Assembly: GCA_036339735.1 (NCBI GenBank)
Contig: JAYZAL010000064.1
Location: 32,001-96,000 of the forward strand
From: Candidatus Poribacteria bacterium
GTDB lineage: Bacteria; Poribacteria; WGA-4E; UBA9662
Direction of reading: 5' to 3'
Length of the DNA: 64,000 nucleotides
Position 1 is the stretch's first letter, and every line of letters starts with the position of its first letter. The position numbers and the translations under genes are program-made. The notes beneath the pieces were generated by a model. The model was not told the DNA's origin. It was given only the letters and a program-made list of their open reading frames with translations, and made no database searches. This document shows positions 27,134 through 36,116 of this stretch, one piece after another.

Positions 27134-28699
27134 TTACCGCTTGAGACCTAGTGCTTCCTGAAGAATGCTATCTGAAGTTGTAATAATCCGTGAGTTAGCT
27201 TGAAAACCCCTTTCAGTTGTTATTAGGTCAGTAAATTCTTCAGTCAAGTCAACATTAGACATCTCTAGTGCTCCCGATGAGATTTCACCCATGTTACGAC
27301 CTCCAGCAGCAATATACGATGGAGCGCCAGAACTAGGAGACACTGCAAACATACTATCTTGAATCGTATTCAATCCTTCTGGGTTAGGTATGTCAGCCAA
27401 AGCGACTTGGGCAATTGAGCGACTTATACCATTAGAGAAAATCCCATTGATAGTTCCGTCAGCGCCAATACTAAATGAGGTTAACGTCCCAGGCCCCACA
27501 CCGTCTTGCCGAGATGCCATAGCATCTGAAGTGGAAGCAAACTGAGTCAAATTACCAAACTGAAGGTCAAAGGTTAAATCTTTTCCATCACCTTTGGGCT
27601 TTATAGTAACCGTTGGCTCAGCAGGCGTAACAAACTCAAACGCGCCAGAATCTCCATTGAAACGTACTAAGCCGCTACCACTAACACCATCAGCCTCAAC
27701 ATCTGTAGCACCGGTTGCAGCCCAAGTCCAAGTGTTATCAGTGTCTTTCTGCTTTGTAAATGTTAACTCTACATCGTGGCGTTGACCAACACCATCGTAT
27801 ACACCAATTGTACTCTTATGTACTGCGGACACGACGTTGATTGAAGCAATCCCACTATTAAGATTTTCACCAAAACTGAGAGTTACACCATTACCATTAG
27901 GATCCTGAAGTGTTACTGCCTGATCCGCACCAGGTATTGCTACGTCAGGCCCACCATCGAGAGAGGCTACCAAATTACCACTTTCAGGGTCAGCAGGATC
28001 TCTTTTCACAATAATCCTGTGCGCTCCAGTCGACAACTGACTGTCGGCAGGTAAATCATAAGTCTTAATTCCAGTACCACCACTTTCCGTCAACTCGGCT
28101 TGTCCCGCTCGAGTATCTAAATTTCCCATATACTCAACAAATCCGGTTGATTTAGCGATTGATTTCGAGAAAGGAAAGTTAATCTTCCCAACGGGCTTAC
28201 TACTATCAACTAACCCTGTTGCACTATCAGCGTTCCAGCCCATGACTCTATAACCATTTGGCCTGTACATCATATCACCGTTAGTGTCAATTCCAAAGTT
28301 TCCTGCTCTTGTAAAAACTTTGACAGAATTCGAAGACGCTGCCACTCCTTTACTGTTTGGATCTACTTGAGCCGCGTCGGGGGCTCCCAGAACAAACATC
28401 CCCTTACCACGAACCATCAAATCCGTCGCAACGTCAGTGATTTGCGGACTCCCATTTTTGTGATTAACGTCAATGGAACTTATCTGCACGCCTGCGCCCA
28501 CCTGATTAGGATTAGTGGCACCTCTTTGACCTGTAGCTGCAACTCCACCTTTCAGAGTTTGAGCAAATGTTTCTCTAAAAATGACCCGAGATTTTTTAAA
28601 TCCAGTTGTGTTTATATTAGCTAGATTATTTCCAATAATATTAACCTTAGCCTGATGGGTCCGTAACCCTGTCAGCCCTGAATATAATGCACCAATCAT
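27134..28699 (-). CDS. flgE: flagellar hook protein
   Basis: GNNLANINTTGFK, FTRAGNF, VYDGVG..H, LEMSNVDLTEEF...RGFQANSR. Confidence 0.95.
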   Translation of the reverse strand: MIGALYSGLTGLRTHQAKVNIIGNNLANINTTGFKKSRVIFRETFAQTLKGGVAATGQRGATNPNQVGAGVQISSIDVNHKNGSPQITDVATDLMVRGKGMFVLGAPDAAQVDPNSKGVAASSNSVKVFTRAGNFGIDTNGDMMYRPNGYRVMGWNADSATGLVDSSKPVGKINFPFSKSIAKSTGFVEYMGNLDTRAGQAELTESGGTGIKTYDLPADSQLSTGAHRIIVKRDPADPESGNLVASLDGGPDVAIPGADQAVTLQDPNGNGVTLSFGENLNSGIASINVVSAVHKSTIGVYDGVGQRHDVELTFTKQKDTDNTWTWAATGATDVEADGVSGSGLVRFNGDSGAFEFVTPAEPTVTIKPKGDGKDLTFDLQFGNLTQFASTSDAMASRQDGVGPGTLTSFSIGADGTINGIFSNGISRSIAQVALADIPNPEGLNTIQDSMFAVSPSSGAPSYIAAGGRNMGEISSGALEMSNVDLTEEFTDLITTERGFQANSRIITTSDSILQEALGLKR

Positions 28700-28710
28700 T
28701 GTTTATCTCC

Positions 28711-28760
28711 TCTTTAATCTTTATCTTCTTAGACGTTCTTCAATCTTTATCTTCTTAGAC
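28711..28760. repeat. 24-nt tandem direct repeat (period 26, one mismatch) between flgC and flgE
   Basis: tctttaatctttatcttcttagac (28711-28734) and tcttcaatctttatcttcttagac (28737-28760). Confidence 0.9.
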
Positions 28761-29174
28761 ACTTCGGCCAATACTTAGTGCTTCACGCGCCATCGTTTTT
28801 GCCGCATTAATAGCTTGTACGTTTGCCTCATAAGCACGAGTCGCAGAAATTAAATCAACCATTTCACTGACGATATTGACATTTGGCATGTGGACATAGC
28901 CATTTTCATCTGCATCCGGATGTCCTGGATCATATCGCAACTGAAGTGGGTTAGTCAGCGAATGATCTTCTCGAATACCATTCTTCGGAATATGAACGCC
29001 CTTCAAATCAGGCCTTGGCATAAAGACAACCATCTTCCTTCTAAATGGTTCACCTGTTTCCGTTCGTGTGGTATTGACATTAGCAATGTTGTTAGAGATA
29101 ACTTCCATACGTAATCGCTCGGCTGTTAACCCTGAACCACTAGCTTGAATCGCCGAAATAAAACTCACAACCAT
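28755..29174 (-). CDS. flgC: flagellar basal-body rod protein FlgC
   Basis: SGLTAERLRMEVISNNIAN, YDPGHPDAD..GYV.MPNVN, RAYEAN. Confidence 0.96.
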   Translation of the reverse strand: MVVSFISAIQASGSGLTAERLRMEVISNNIANVNTTRTETGEPFRRKMVVFMPRPDLKGVHIPKNGIREDHSLTNPLQLRYDPGHPDADENGYVHMPNVNIVSEMVDLISATRAYEANVQAINAAKTMAREALSIGRSV

Positions 29175-29180
29175 TTACTC

Positions 29181-29576
29181 CTAAACAATAATTGCACTAT
29201 CTATATTGGTGAAAACGTTATCCTTCATATTATGTCCGTCTATCACCGTAATAACAGTCCGATTTTTTACACTAACAATAAATGCCAAATCGTCCATTAA
29301 CAACAAGGACTCACTAGCACCTTTTTGGGATGCTCTCTCGACAGCATTTTCGATTTTTACCAAATCTTGTCGGCTGAGATCTATTTGACGAACAGCCAAC
29401 CTTCCCTCAGCATGAGCACTAAAATTTATCCCCTTACGCTCTCCGATCTGTTTTTTGAGAGCCTTTTTAAAAGAAGCCTTTGTATGAGGCGAACCGACCC
29501 CTTTATTCGACCGGAAATCGTTTTTCTGAACTAAGGGCGTAGTTACGTTTTCTGTTCGCTGGATCATGTTCATCAC
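29181..29576 (-). CDS. putative flagellar operon protein (TIGR02530-like)
   Basis: FSAHA..RL..R.I, A..KG..ESL, IVSVKNRTVIT, NVFTNIDSAII; lies downstream of flgD. Confidence 0.85.
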   Translation of the reverse strand: MMNMIQRTENVTTPLVQKNDFRSNKGVGSPHTKASFKKALKKQIGERKGINFSAHAEGRLAVRQIDLSRQDLVKIENAVERASQKGASESLLLMDDLAFIVSVKNRTVITVIDGHNMKDNVFTNIDSAIIV

Positions 29577-29607
29577 TGTTCAAAATCTATCGTAATTTCC
29601 GTTTCAA

Positions 29608-30024
29608 TTATTGGGAAATCTTCTGTACATTGTTGACATTGACGTCCCGCTCCCCAACCCTGAGGATAGTCTTTCCATCTAACAAACGGACCGATGATAC
29701 GACGCCATTAATCACTCGATCACTTGTACCGCTTTCAGCTGCTTCGATTTCTTTCCCAATTAATGAGCTAGCCTCTAGCAAAGCCACTGACGCAAAACTT
29801 TTATTCAGGTTTTGCATTTGTTCCAAAGCACTAAACTCTGCCATTTGGGCCACGAATTGCTGGTTGTCCATGGGCTCAAGTGGATTCTGATGTTGGAGCT
29901 GAGTGGTTAACAAACGAAGAAAAGCTTCTTTACCTAGCGTATTAGTCGGTGTCCGCTTTGCAATTGGACTAGCCACATCTCCTAACATTTCATCGAGATG
30001 GCCGACAGGGCCAATGTTACTCAT
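29608..30024 (-). CDS. flgD: flagellar hook capping protein
   Basis: LGKEAFLRLLTTQLQHQNPLEPMD..QFVAQMA.FS.LEQ, ASSLIGK. Confidence 0.95.
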   Translation of the reverse strand: MSNIGPVGHLDEMLGDVASPIAKRTPTNTLGKEAFLRLLTTQLQHQNPLEPMDNQQFVAQMAEFSALEQMQNLNKSFASVALLEASSLIGKEIEAAESGTSDRVINGVVSSVRLLDGKTILRVGERDVNVNNVQKISQ

Positions 30025-30038
30025 TGTAATTTGCTCCT

Positions 30039-31892
30039 TTAAACTAGATGGTCTATCCCAGTGGAAGAAAAGTTTATATGTTGGGCTCCCATTTGCTCGT
30101 CGCTCCTCGAGCTACCTGATAACTCATACGAAACGTCATTGTTTGGTGTACCTGCTCCTTGAAATCGACGATACCCCAAATCTTGGTCCCAATCACTAAA
30201 GTTTTGCCACCCACCTTGTTGTTCCGAATTATTAGACATTACCTGAAAGTTATCGATTTGAATTCCATGTTCCGATAGCGCGTTTCTTAATTGTGCCAAG
30301 TTACCTCTAACAATCTCACTTACCATCCCATTTCTCGCCTGAACTTGTGCTGACAATACACTATCTTCAAAAACTAAACGAATATGAAGCCTACCGAGGG
30401 AAGGAGGCTCCAAGTCGATAGTCGCCTGTTGAAACCCACGCCCTAACTGGGGCTGTAGCTTGTCTGCGATTTGGATGATCACTTGATCAGAACTAACAAT
30501 CTGAGTTGGTAGGGTCGCGTCGCCCTGAGCTCCACTTAGCACATTTGCTAAACTGACAGTATCCATACGCTGAATCTGATTCCAACTCAATACCATATTT
30601 TGTGTGCCTTGAGCTGTTTCAGTATATCCTTGACTAATCTCGAATTGAGGTAATTGGAAACCTCTATACTGAGACTGTAACCCTCGCTGGTTAAGGGTCT
30701 GATGATTTGGTGAATTCTGCTGCTGTAGATTGAACTGTAACTGGCGTAACTGGTTCAAACTTTCGTTGCCAGGTTCAAACGCTTTACCTGTCAACATATT
30801 TGAAAAATTAGATTGAGGCATATTTTCAGCTGGTGGCAAAACAATCACTCGTTCTACTGGCACTTCCAACTGACTAGCCAAATCCTCTACATTACTAACA
30901 TCACCAAAGGGTAATAGTTCAGTCTCAATCAATTTTTTTTCGTTAGTGTCGAATACACCCACCACACCTTTTGAGTCATTCGATTCAGTCGAAACCTGGA
31001 CTTGGCTCTCGAAATCCTGCCCATCCTCAAATCCCAAGGCCATAGGTGTTTGTGCTACCTGAACGCCTGAATCTTCAGTATGAGTCGAACTAAATCCATG
31101 GGGGCCCAACTTAGAATCAAACTCATTTATATCGTCATGATTAATCCCATCAGCAGAAGTTCCAGATTCGGCCGAAACCGACATAACCTCTTGCTCTAAC
31201 AACAGATCTGCCATCGACAGTTCACCTGACTGCAGATTACTTTCTAAATCTCCCTGCCTGCCTCTAGCGCTTTCAGCGAAACGTGCAACAATCTGCTCTG
31301 CCAACTGATCTAGTTCTGTCTCACCGAGTGCTTCGATATTAAGATCTGAAAGCAACTTTGGCAAATTTATATTCGAAGTAGCTACAGAGGCCTCTGAACC
31401 ATCCAATGAACTCAACCCCTGATTACCGGCCTTATCATCGAAAAGCGTTTTTTGTCCGCCTGAAAGTTGCTGGATCAACATTTCAGCCAATCCTAACTGG
31501 CCGGTTTTTGCAATTTCCATTGCATACTTTTCGTCTAGCATGCCGTTGAAAATTTTCATCGTGGTACTGTTTTCGCCTAAAAAATCAGTCTCAGTAGACG
31601 ATTGCCGCATAGTTGAAAGTAATTGAGCAACAAAAACGGATTCAAACTCTTGAGCAGCAGTTCGAAGCTTACTCTGTTCAGGAGTTAAAGGCCCCTGAGA
31701 TGATAATGACAATGAAGAGGCTCGGAGCGAATCCGCCTGTTGCTGGCCTCCACTTTTGTCATTGCCCATCATTGCTGATATTTTAGCCCCTAGCTTTTGA
31801 GCTTTAGACTTGTATGTATCATAGTCAGTCGACGCAGCGCCCATTGAGCCTTTACTGGATTCTTGTTGCAATAAGACAGGGAAAATATCCAT
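30039..31892 (-). CDS. FlgJ rod-binding domain fused to FliK hook-length control protein
   Basis: N-part KLRTAAQEFESVFVAQLL..MR...MLDEKYA...LGLAEMLIQQL (FlgJ-N); C-part ATIDLEPPSLGRLHIRL...NLAQLRNALSEHGI (FliK-C); single open frame between flgI and flgD. Confidence 0.85.
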   Translation of the reverse strand: MDIFPVLLQQESSKGSMGAASTDYDTYKSKAQKLGAKISAMMGNDKSGGQQQADSLRASSLSLSSQGPLTPEQSKLRTAAQEFESVFVAQLLSTMRQSSTETDFLGENSTTMKIFNGMLDEKYAMEIAKTGQLGLAEMLIQQLSGGQKTLFDDKAGNQGLSSLDGSEASVATSNINLPKLLSDLNIEALGETELDQLAEQIVARFAESARGRQGDLESNLQSGELSMADLLLEQEVMSVSAESGTSADGINHDDINEFDSKLGPHGFSSTHTEDSGVQVAQTPMALGFEDGQDFESQVQVSTESNDSKGVVGVFDTNEKKLIETELLPFGDVSNVEDLASQLEVPVERVIVLPPAENMPQSNFSNMLTGKAFEPGNESLNQLRQLQFNLQQQNSPNHQTLNQRGLQSQYRGFQLPQFEISQGYTETAQGTQNMVLSWNQIQRMDTVSLANVLSGAQGDATLPTQIVSSDQVIIQIADKLQPQLGRGFQQATIDLEPPSLGRLHIRLVFEDSVLSAQVQARNGMVSEIVRGNLAQLRNALSEHGIQIDNFQVMSNNSEQQGGWQNFSDWDQDLGYRRFQGAGTPNNDVSYELSGSSRSDEQMGAQHINFSSTGIDHLV

Positions 31893-31902
31893 TATAACTT
31901 CC

Positions 31903-32922
31903 TTACATAATGATCAGCTTGGCGTGCAATGCGCCAGCTTTTTCCATCAGTTTCAAAACTTCGATCAACTCCATAGTAGATGTACCCGCAGCTTTTAAAG
32001 CCGCTACAACGTCATCTAAAGTTGACTCACCACCAGGCAAACGATTTATTTTAATAGTCAGGCTATTTGCACCCGTTCCGTTAAGCGATACAGCAAAAGT
32101 AGAAATCCGTACTCCTTCACCGATAACCACGGCACCAGTTTTTTCATTAACCACAACCGTTGCTACAGTATCAGGCTCAACGGTCAATTCACCTAACATC
32201 GAAACAAAACCGACTAACTTCTTTTTGTAAGCATCAGGAATTCGAACTTGAATAGTACTTGGGTCTTTCGGCTCCGCTATCCCTTCCCATAATGTTTCGT
32301 TTATTTTCTTTGTAACTAAACTAGCTGTACTAAAGTCGGGATGATTCAAACGAAGAGATAAAACTTCCAAGTCATCGAAGTTGGTGTCAATCTTATTTAC
32401 TACTAATCCACCTTTTGCGATACTACCAATCGGAGCCTCTCGTTCACCAGGAGCTGCCACTGATGCAATCACTCCCTGAGCCGTTGCATAAACACGACCA
32501 TCAGCCGCCTGAAGCCGAGCGAAAAGAAGTGTACCACCACTCAGAGTTTTTGCATCACCGACAGAAGAAACCATTACATCAATCTGATCTCCAGCTTTAG
32601 AAAAAGGCGGCAACTCCGCAGTAACTGATACAGCTGCGATGTTTCGAGCTTGCAATCCATCCGGACTAATCCTTAACCCCTCCATTCGAGTCAGCATGTT
32701 AGACACAGCTTGCCTGGCTAAAGCCAATCGTGTACTATCACCAGTACCGGGCAAACCGACCACAATCCCCATCCCCCAGAGCTGATTAGAGCTCATTTCT
32801 GGTATAGTCGTCACGTCTTTTATCCGGACTGATACGGAATTAGCTTCAAAAGCCGACCCTATAAATACACAAAAGAAGAAAATAATACAAACTTTCTGTT
32901 TCATATGATGAACTTTGCTCAA
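31903..32922 (-). CDS. flgI: flagellar P-ring protein
   Basis: RIKD, NQLWG.G.VVGL.GTGD, AAV.VTA.LPPF, SSVGDAK.L.GG.L, YA.AQG, NEKTG.VV.G, AGAL.A.L. Confidence 0.95.
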   Translation of the reverse strand: MSKVHHMKQKVCIIFFFCVFIGSAFEANSVSVRIKDVTTIPEMSSNQLWGMGIVVGLPGTGDSTRLALARQAVSNMLTRMEGLRISPDGLQARNIAAVSVTAELPPFSKAGDQIDVMVSSVGDAKTLSGGTLLFARLQAADGRVYATAQGVIASVAAPGEREAPIGSIAKGGLVVNKIDTNFDDLEVLSLRLNHPDFSTASLVTKKINETLWEGIAEPKDPSTIQVRIPDAYKKKLVGFVSMLGELTVEPDTVATVVVNEKTGAVVIGEGVRISTFAVSLNGTGANSLTIKINRLPGGESTLDDVVAALKAAGTSTMELIEVLKLMEKAGALHAKLIIM

Positions 32923-33584
32923 AACAACAACCCCAAAAGGCTCCCAACAAACCGAAATGGGAAAGTAATCACGCGAACAATGGGGCCTTGTTTTTGTACT
33001 GCTGACCTAGGGGCAACATACCGAATATTAGCTTCAGCTAGTGCGGTTGAAATAATACTATTATCAGGTGCAATGTCTAGTGGCCTTACTATTCCTTCTA
33101 CAAAAATCTCCGTTTCTTGATCATCAATTGCGGTTTGCTGAGTTCCCGAAATCCTGAGGTTCCCATTTTCCAGAACTTCTACTATCGTTGCAGTTACAGT
33201 TGCAACGAAACTAGTTTGTCGCGATGTCGATCGACTACCAGACTTCTGAGTCTGCCCCGAAAGAGAAGCAGAACCAGCTCCAGTTGGAATTGGACTTAAG
33301 AAACCTGCACCTGCTGGTATCTCGGTTGCTGCATCAAGCTTTGCACTTCGATTTCTAGCTGACTGCATATTCTGATTAGCTTGGGCATTTTGAACCACTA
33401 CCACTCGAATCAAATCCCCTACTTTTTTGCTAATCAAATCGCTGTAAACTTCACTGCCGAGTTGACCTTCACTATACAAAATCTGGGCTGGCAACATGGA
33501 AAACCACTGCCCCAAAACAAGAAGTGACAATAAGACCAGCAGAGCAAAAGTAAAATGTGTTTTTCGTGTTACCCTCAACATCAC
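32919..33584 (-). CDS. flgH: flagellar L-ring protein
   Basis: VGDLI.V, VLENGNLRI.G, GIVRP.DI..DN.I.S..LA.A.I; lies between flgA and flgI. Confidence 0.9.
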   Translation of the reverse strand: MMLRVTRKTHFTFALLVLLSLLVLGQWFSMLPAQILYSEGQLGSEVYSDLISKKVGDLIRVVVVQNAQANQNMQSARNRSAKLDAATEIPAGAGFLSPIPTGAGSASLSGQTQKSGSRSTSRQTSFVATVTATIVEVLENGNLRISGTQQTAIDDQETEIFVEGIVRPLDIAPDNSIISTALAEANIRYVAPRSAVQKQGPIVRVITFPFRFVGSLLGLLF

Positions 33585-33604
33585 CTATCTACTTATCACG
33601 TTTT

Positions 33605-34633
33605 TCACGGATTAACTGCTATTTCACCACTTTCTGTCACGACACCCACTAGTGTCTTTTTTGAAGCTTTATTCACGACTTTAACGCGTTCACCAACACG
33701 CCCATCCGTTAGAGCTTTTCCAGTAGCACGAACGACCACACCTTTCAACTGAACAGTGATCGGAACCTCTGATCCAATCAACACCTTAGGTGTTGACTCC
33801 ACGTTCCTTTTTAAGAGGAACTCTCCCGGCTTAACCCTAGTTTTCGATCTAGAACCCGAAACTTCAGACAACTTAAGTGGAACGCTTCTGAGGTTTGTGA
33901 AAGTTTGCTCCGCCTGATCCAACATCTGAATCGATATAGGCTGGTACCGATCGATCCCTTGCTTTGCAACAAGCACACTGGTTGTCACCTCGATGTCCAA
34001 TGGAACTACTATCGATTTTTTTTTGTCTTCATCTACAAAAATATCGACATAAACGTTCAGAGCCCCTGACAAGAATGCTGCCGGGATAGGACGCAGAGAA
34101 TAACGAGTTTTTCCGAACGGCAAGACGAACTTACGAATTCCTCTTCCAACCCTGACTTCATACTCAGCAGGAAACCTACCATAAAGCTCCCTCTTAACTT
34201 GACTTAAAACAAATCGCTCTAACTCCTCAACCCCAGCATCATGACTTTTCCTACCAACTAGAACTTTCGATGAAGGTTCAATACTAATAAGGTCGGGCGA
34301 CAAACCAACGCTTTCTAAACCTGAACGACCAATCCGCAAGTAAACACCAACTGATCTAGCTGTCAGCTCAATTGCGGGACGCCCCGGCAATGGCGCGGGC
34401 TTAAGCTTCAACTCATTCAAAGCCTTAAGCTGTTTCGGTTCTATTTGGCCCTCAATCTTAGCTGTCACATCCCCAAGCCTAATAGGAGTAGAGATGACAT
34501 TGACTTTTTGATGCAAAGTCAGCTTTAACGGACCAGAACTAACCCCACCGGCACTCGACGCAAGAAACACGAGCAACCAAGAGAGTTTAAAAACAACTAA
34601 GCACCTAAGCTTATGCACTACCAACCTAAACAA
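33605..34633 (-). CDS. flgA: flagellar P-ring formation chaperone
   Basis: Signal peptide; IRLGDV N-domain; C-terminal SAF-like region and G.AL.DG.VGE.V.V.N..S.K. Confidence 0.88.
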   Translation of the reverse strand: MFRLVVHKLRCLVVFKLSWLLVFLASSAGGVSSGPLKLTLHQKVNVISTPIRLGDVTAKIEGQIEPKQLKALNELKLKPAPLPGRPAIELTARSVGVYLRIGRSGLESVGLSPDLISIEPSSKVLVGRKSHDAGVEELERFVLSQVKRELYGRFPAEYEVRVGRGIRKFVLPFGKTRYSLRPIPAAFLSGALNVYVDIFVDEDKKKSIVVPLDIEVTTSVLVAKQGIDRYQPISIQMLDQAEQTFTNLRSVPLKLSEVSGSRSKTRVKPGEFLLKRNVESTPKVLIGSEVPITVQLKGVVVRATGKALTDGRVGERVKVVNKASKKTLVGVVTESGEIAVNP

Positions 34634-34654
34634 CTATAAAGCTAAAAATGTCGT

Positions 34655-35434
34655 CTATCGACGAATTGAATTCGCTGTTGACAGCATGTCATCGGAGGCC
34701 ATAATCGCACGGGAATTGGCTTCGTACGCCCTCTGCCCAGTAATCAACCGAACCATTTCTTCTACAACTTCCACATTTGAAATCTCAAGAAACCCAGAAG
34801 TCATCGTTCCAAACTGGTCAATTTGCTCAACTCCAGATGCGACTGTAGCTCGATAAAAATTTTGCCCCACGCTTTGTAGACCTGCGGGATTAGCAAAGCG
34901 ATAGATGGTGACTTGGCCAACCTGCTGCGGTTCCGCTTGCCCATCTTCCCGAACTGAAATAGTTCCATCGGACCCAATCGTGACCTCAGCAGCGCTATCC
35001 GCAGGAATAGTAATGGCCGGATCCATGGAAAAACCGTCAGACGTTACTAGTTGCCCTTGGTCATCTAATTTAAAGGACCCATCCCGCGTGTACAGAAAAT
35101 TTTGCTTATCGTCTACGACTTTGAAAAACGAATACGGGCTATCCAACTTCAAGTCAAACGAGTTCTTAGTTTCTACAACATTCCCCAAAGAAAACATGCG
35201 CTGTGTAGCTGCTGGACGAACGCCGTGACCTAATTGAATTCCGACTGGAACTATGGTCTCCTGCGTACTTTGTGCACCCGGTGTCCGGATAGTTTGGTAC
35301 AGCAAATCTTGAAACTCAACGCGAGCTTTCTTAAAACCAGTCGTGTTGACGTTCGCTAAATTGTTTGCAATGGTGTCGATATTGAATTGTTGGGCACGCA
35401 TCCCTGTTGCAGAGGTCCACAATGCGTTAATCAT
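34655..35434 (-). CDS. flgG: flagellar distal rod protein
   Basis: MINALWTSATGM.AQQ..ID.IANNLANVNTTGFK..R.EFQDLLYQ, YTRDGSF, LE.SNV.VVEEM. Start set at ATG 35434. Confidence 0.96.
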   Translation of the reverse strand: MINALWTSATGMRAQQFNIDTIANNLANVNTTGFKKARVEFQDLLYQTIRTPGAQSTQETIVPVGIQLGHGVRPAATQRMFSLGNVVETKNSFDLKLDSPYSFFKVVDDKQNFLYTRDGSFKLDDQGQLVTSDGFSMDPAITIPADSAAEVTIGSDGTISVREDGQAEPQQVGQVTIYRFANPAGLQSVGQNFYRATVASGVEQIDQFGTMTSGFLEISNVEVVEEMVRLITGQRAYEANSRAIMASDDMLSTANSIRR

Positions 35435-35653
35435 AAAAAACAACCTTTGTGTCAGAAAATTAAACAACCGATCGCCTGACTTAGGCGAAAACAGGAGTCC
35501 ATCATTTAGTTTGGTTCGCTTTTCGGCAAGGTATTGAGGGGGAGAAAACTTATTGTTTTCATATCTTCTGGTTGCCTCAATCAGTCAGCAACCACTAGCT
35601 TCTGCCAAGCAGTCCAGCCAGTAACTTCCTTCTCTTCACTCACCGTGGCCAAG

Positions 35654-35680
35654 ATTATCACAGTTTGTTTTTTTTGTCAA
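35654..35680 (-). promoter_or_regulatory. candidate sigma70-type promoter of the flagellar operon with poly-A spacer
   Basis: Minus strand TTGACA-15 nt (contains A tract)-GATAAT, with TG extension. Confidence 0.4.
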
Positions 35681-35728
35681 TATATAAAAGGGTGTTTTCT
35701 TCGGCAAACGAAATTAAAAACTATCCCT

Positions 35729-36091
35729 CTAACTTTCTTTCTGGTTATCTCCGGTATTACAACGAATCATGGTGTGTACAGCCGAAACAGTTTTTACTTC
35801 TGGTTCGTCAGCGAAAATTGCAATTAGCCTTCCCTGATTTTTCGAGAAATGACGCCTCACAGCTTCTTTGACTTTATTTTGTAATTCTCTTGAAAATTGG
35901 CTTATAGAAAGAGTTTCCAGATCTTGCTTTAGTTGGCCCCAATTTTTATAATAATCTTGAATTCTAAATGCGGAAGCTAAAGTTGACATTTTCTCCAGTT
36001 CTGCATATATACACTTCCAATCGCTAGTTTCCATATCAACTTCAAGATTCAAGTTAATTGATATATCTGCATTAAAACTAAACTTATTCAT
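35729..36091 (-). CDS. hypothetical protein (120 aa)
   Basis: ATG-started ORF 25 bp downstream of the M28 peptidase; no recognised motif. Confidence 0.5.
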   Translation of the reverse strand: MNKFSFNADISINLNLEVDMETSDWKCIYAELEKMSTLASAFRIQDYYKNWGQLKQDLETLSISQFSRELQNKVKEAVRRHFSKNQGRLIAIFADEPEVKTVSAVHTMIRCNTGDNQKES

Positions 36092-36116
36092 TAAGATCTC
36101 TATCTTGTTTGGCAGG

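Noticed and set aside
35515-35730. sigma28-like GCCGAAAA/GCCGAAGA boxes and sigma54-like TGGC sites upstream of flgG
   Set aside because: No TAAA at the correct spacing for sigma28 and no GC at the GG-N10-GC position for sigma54.
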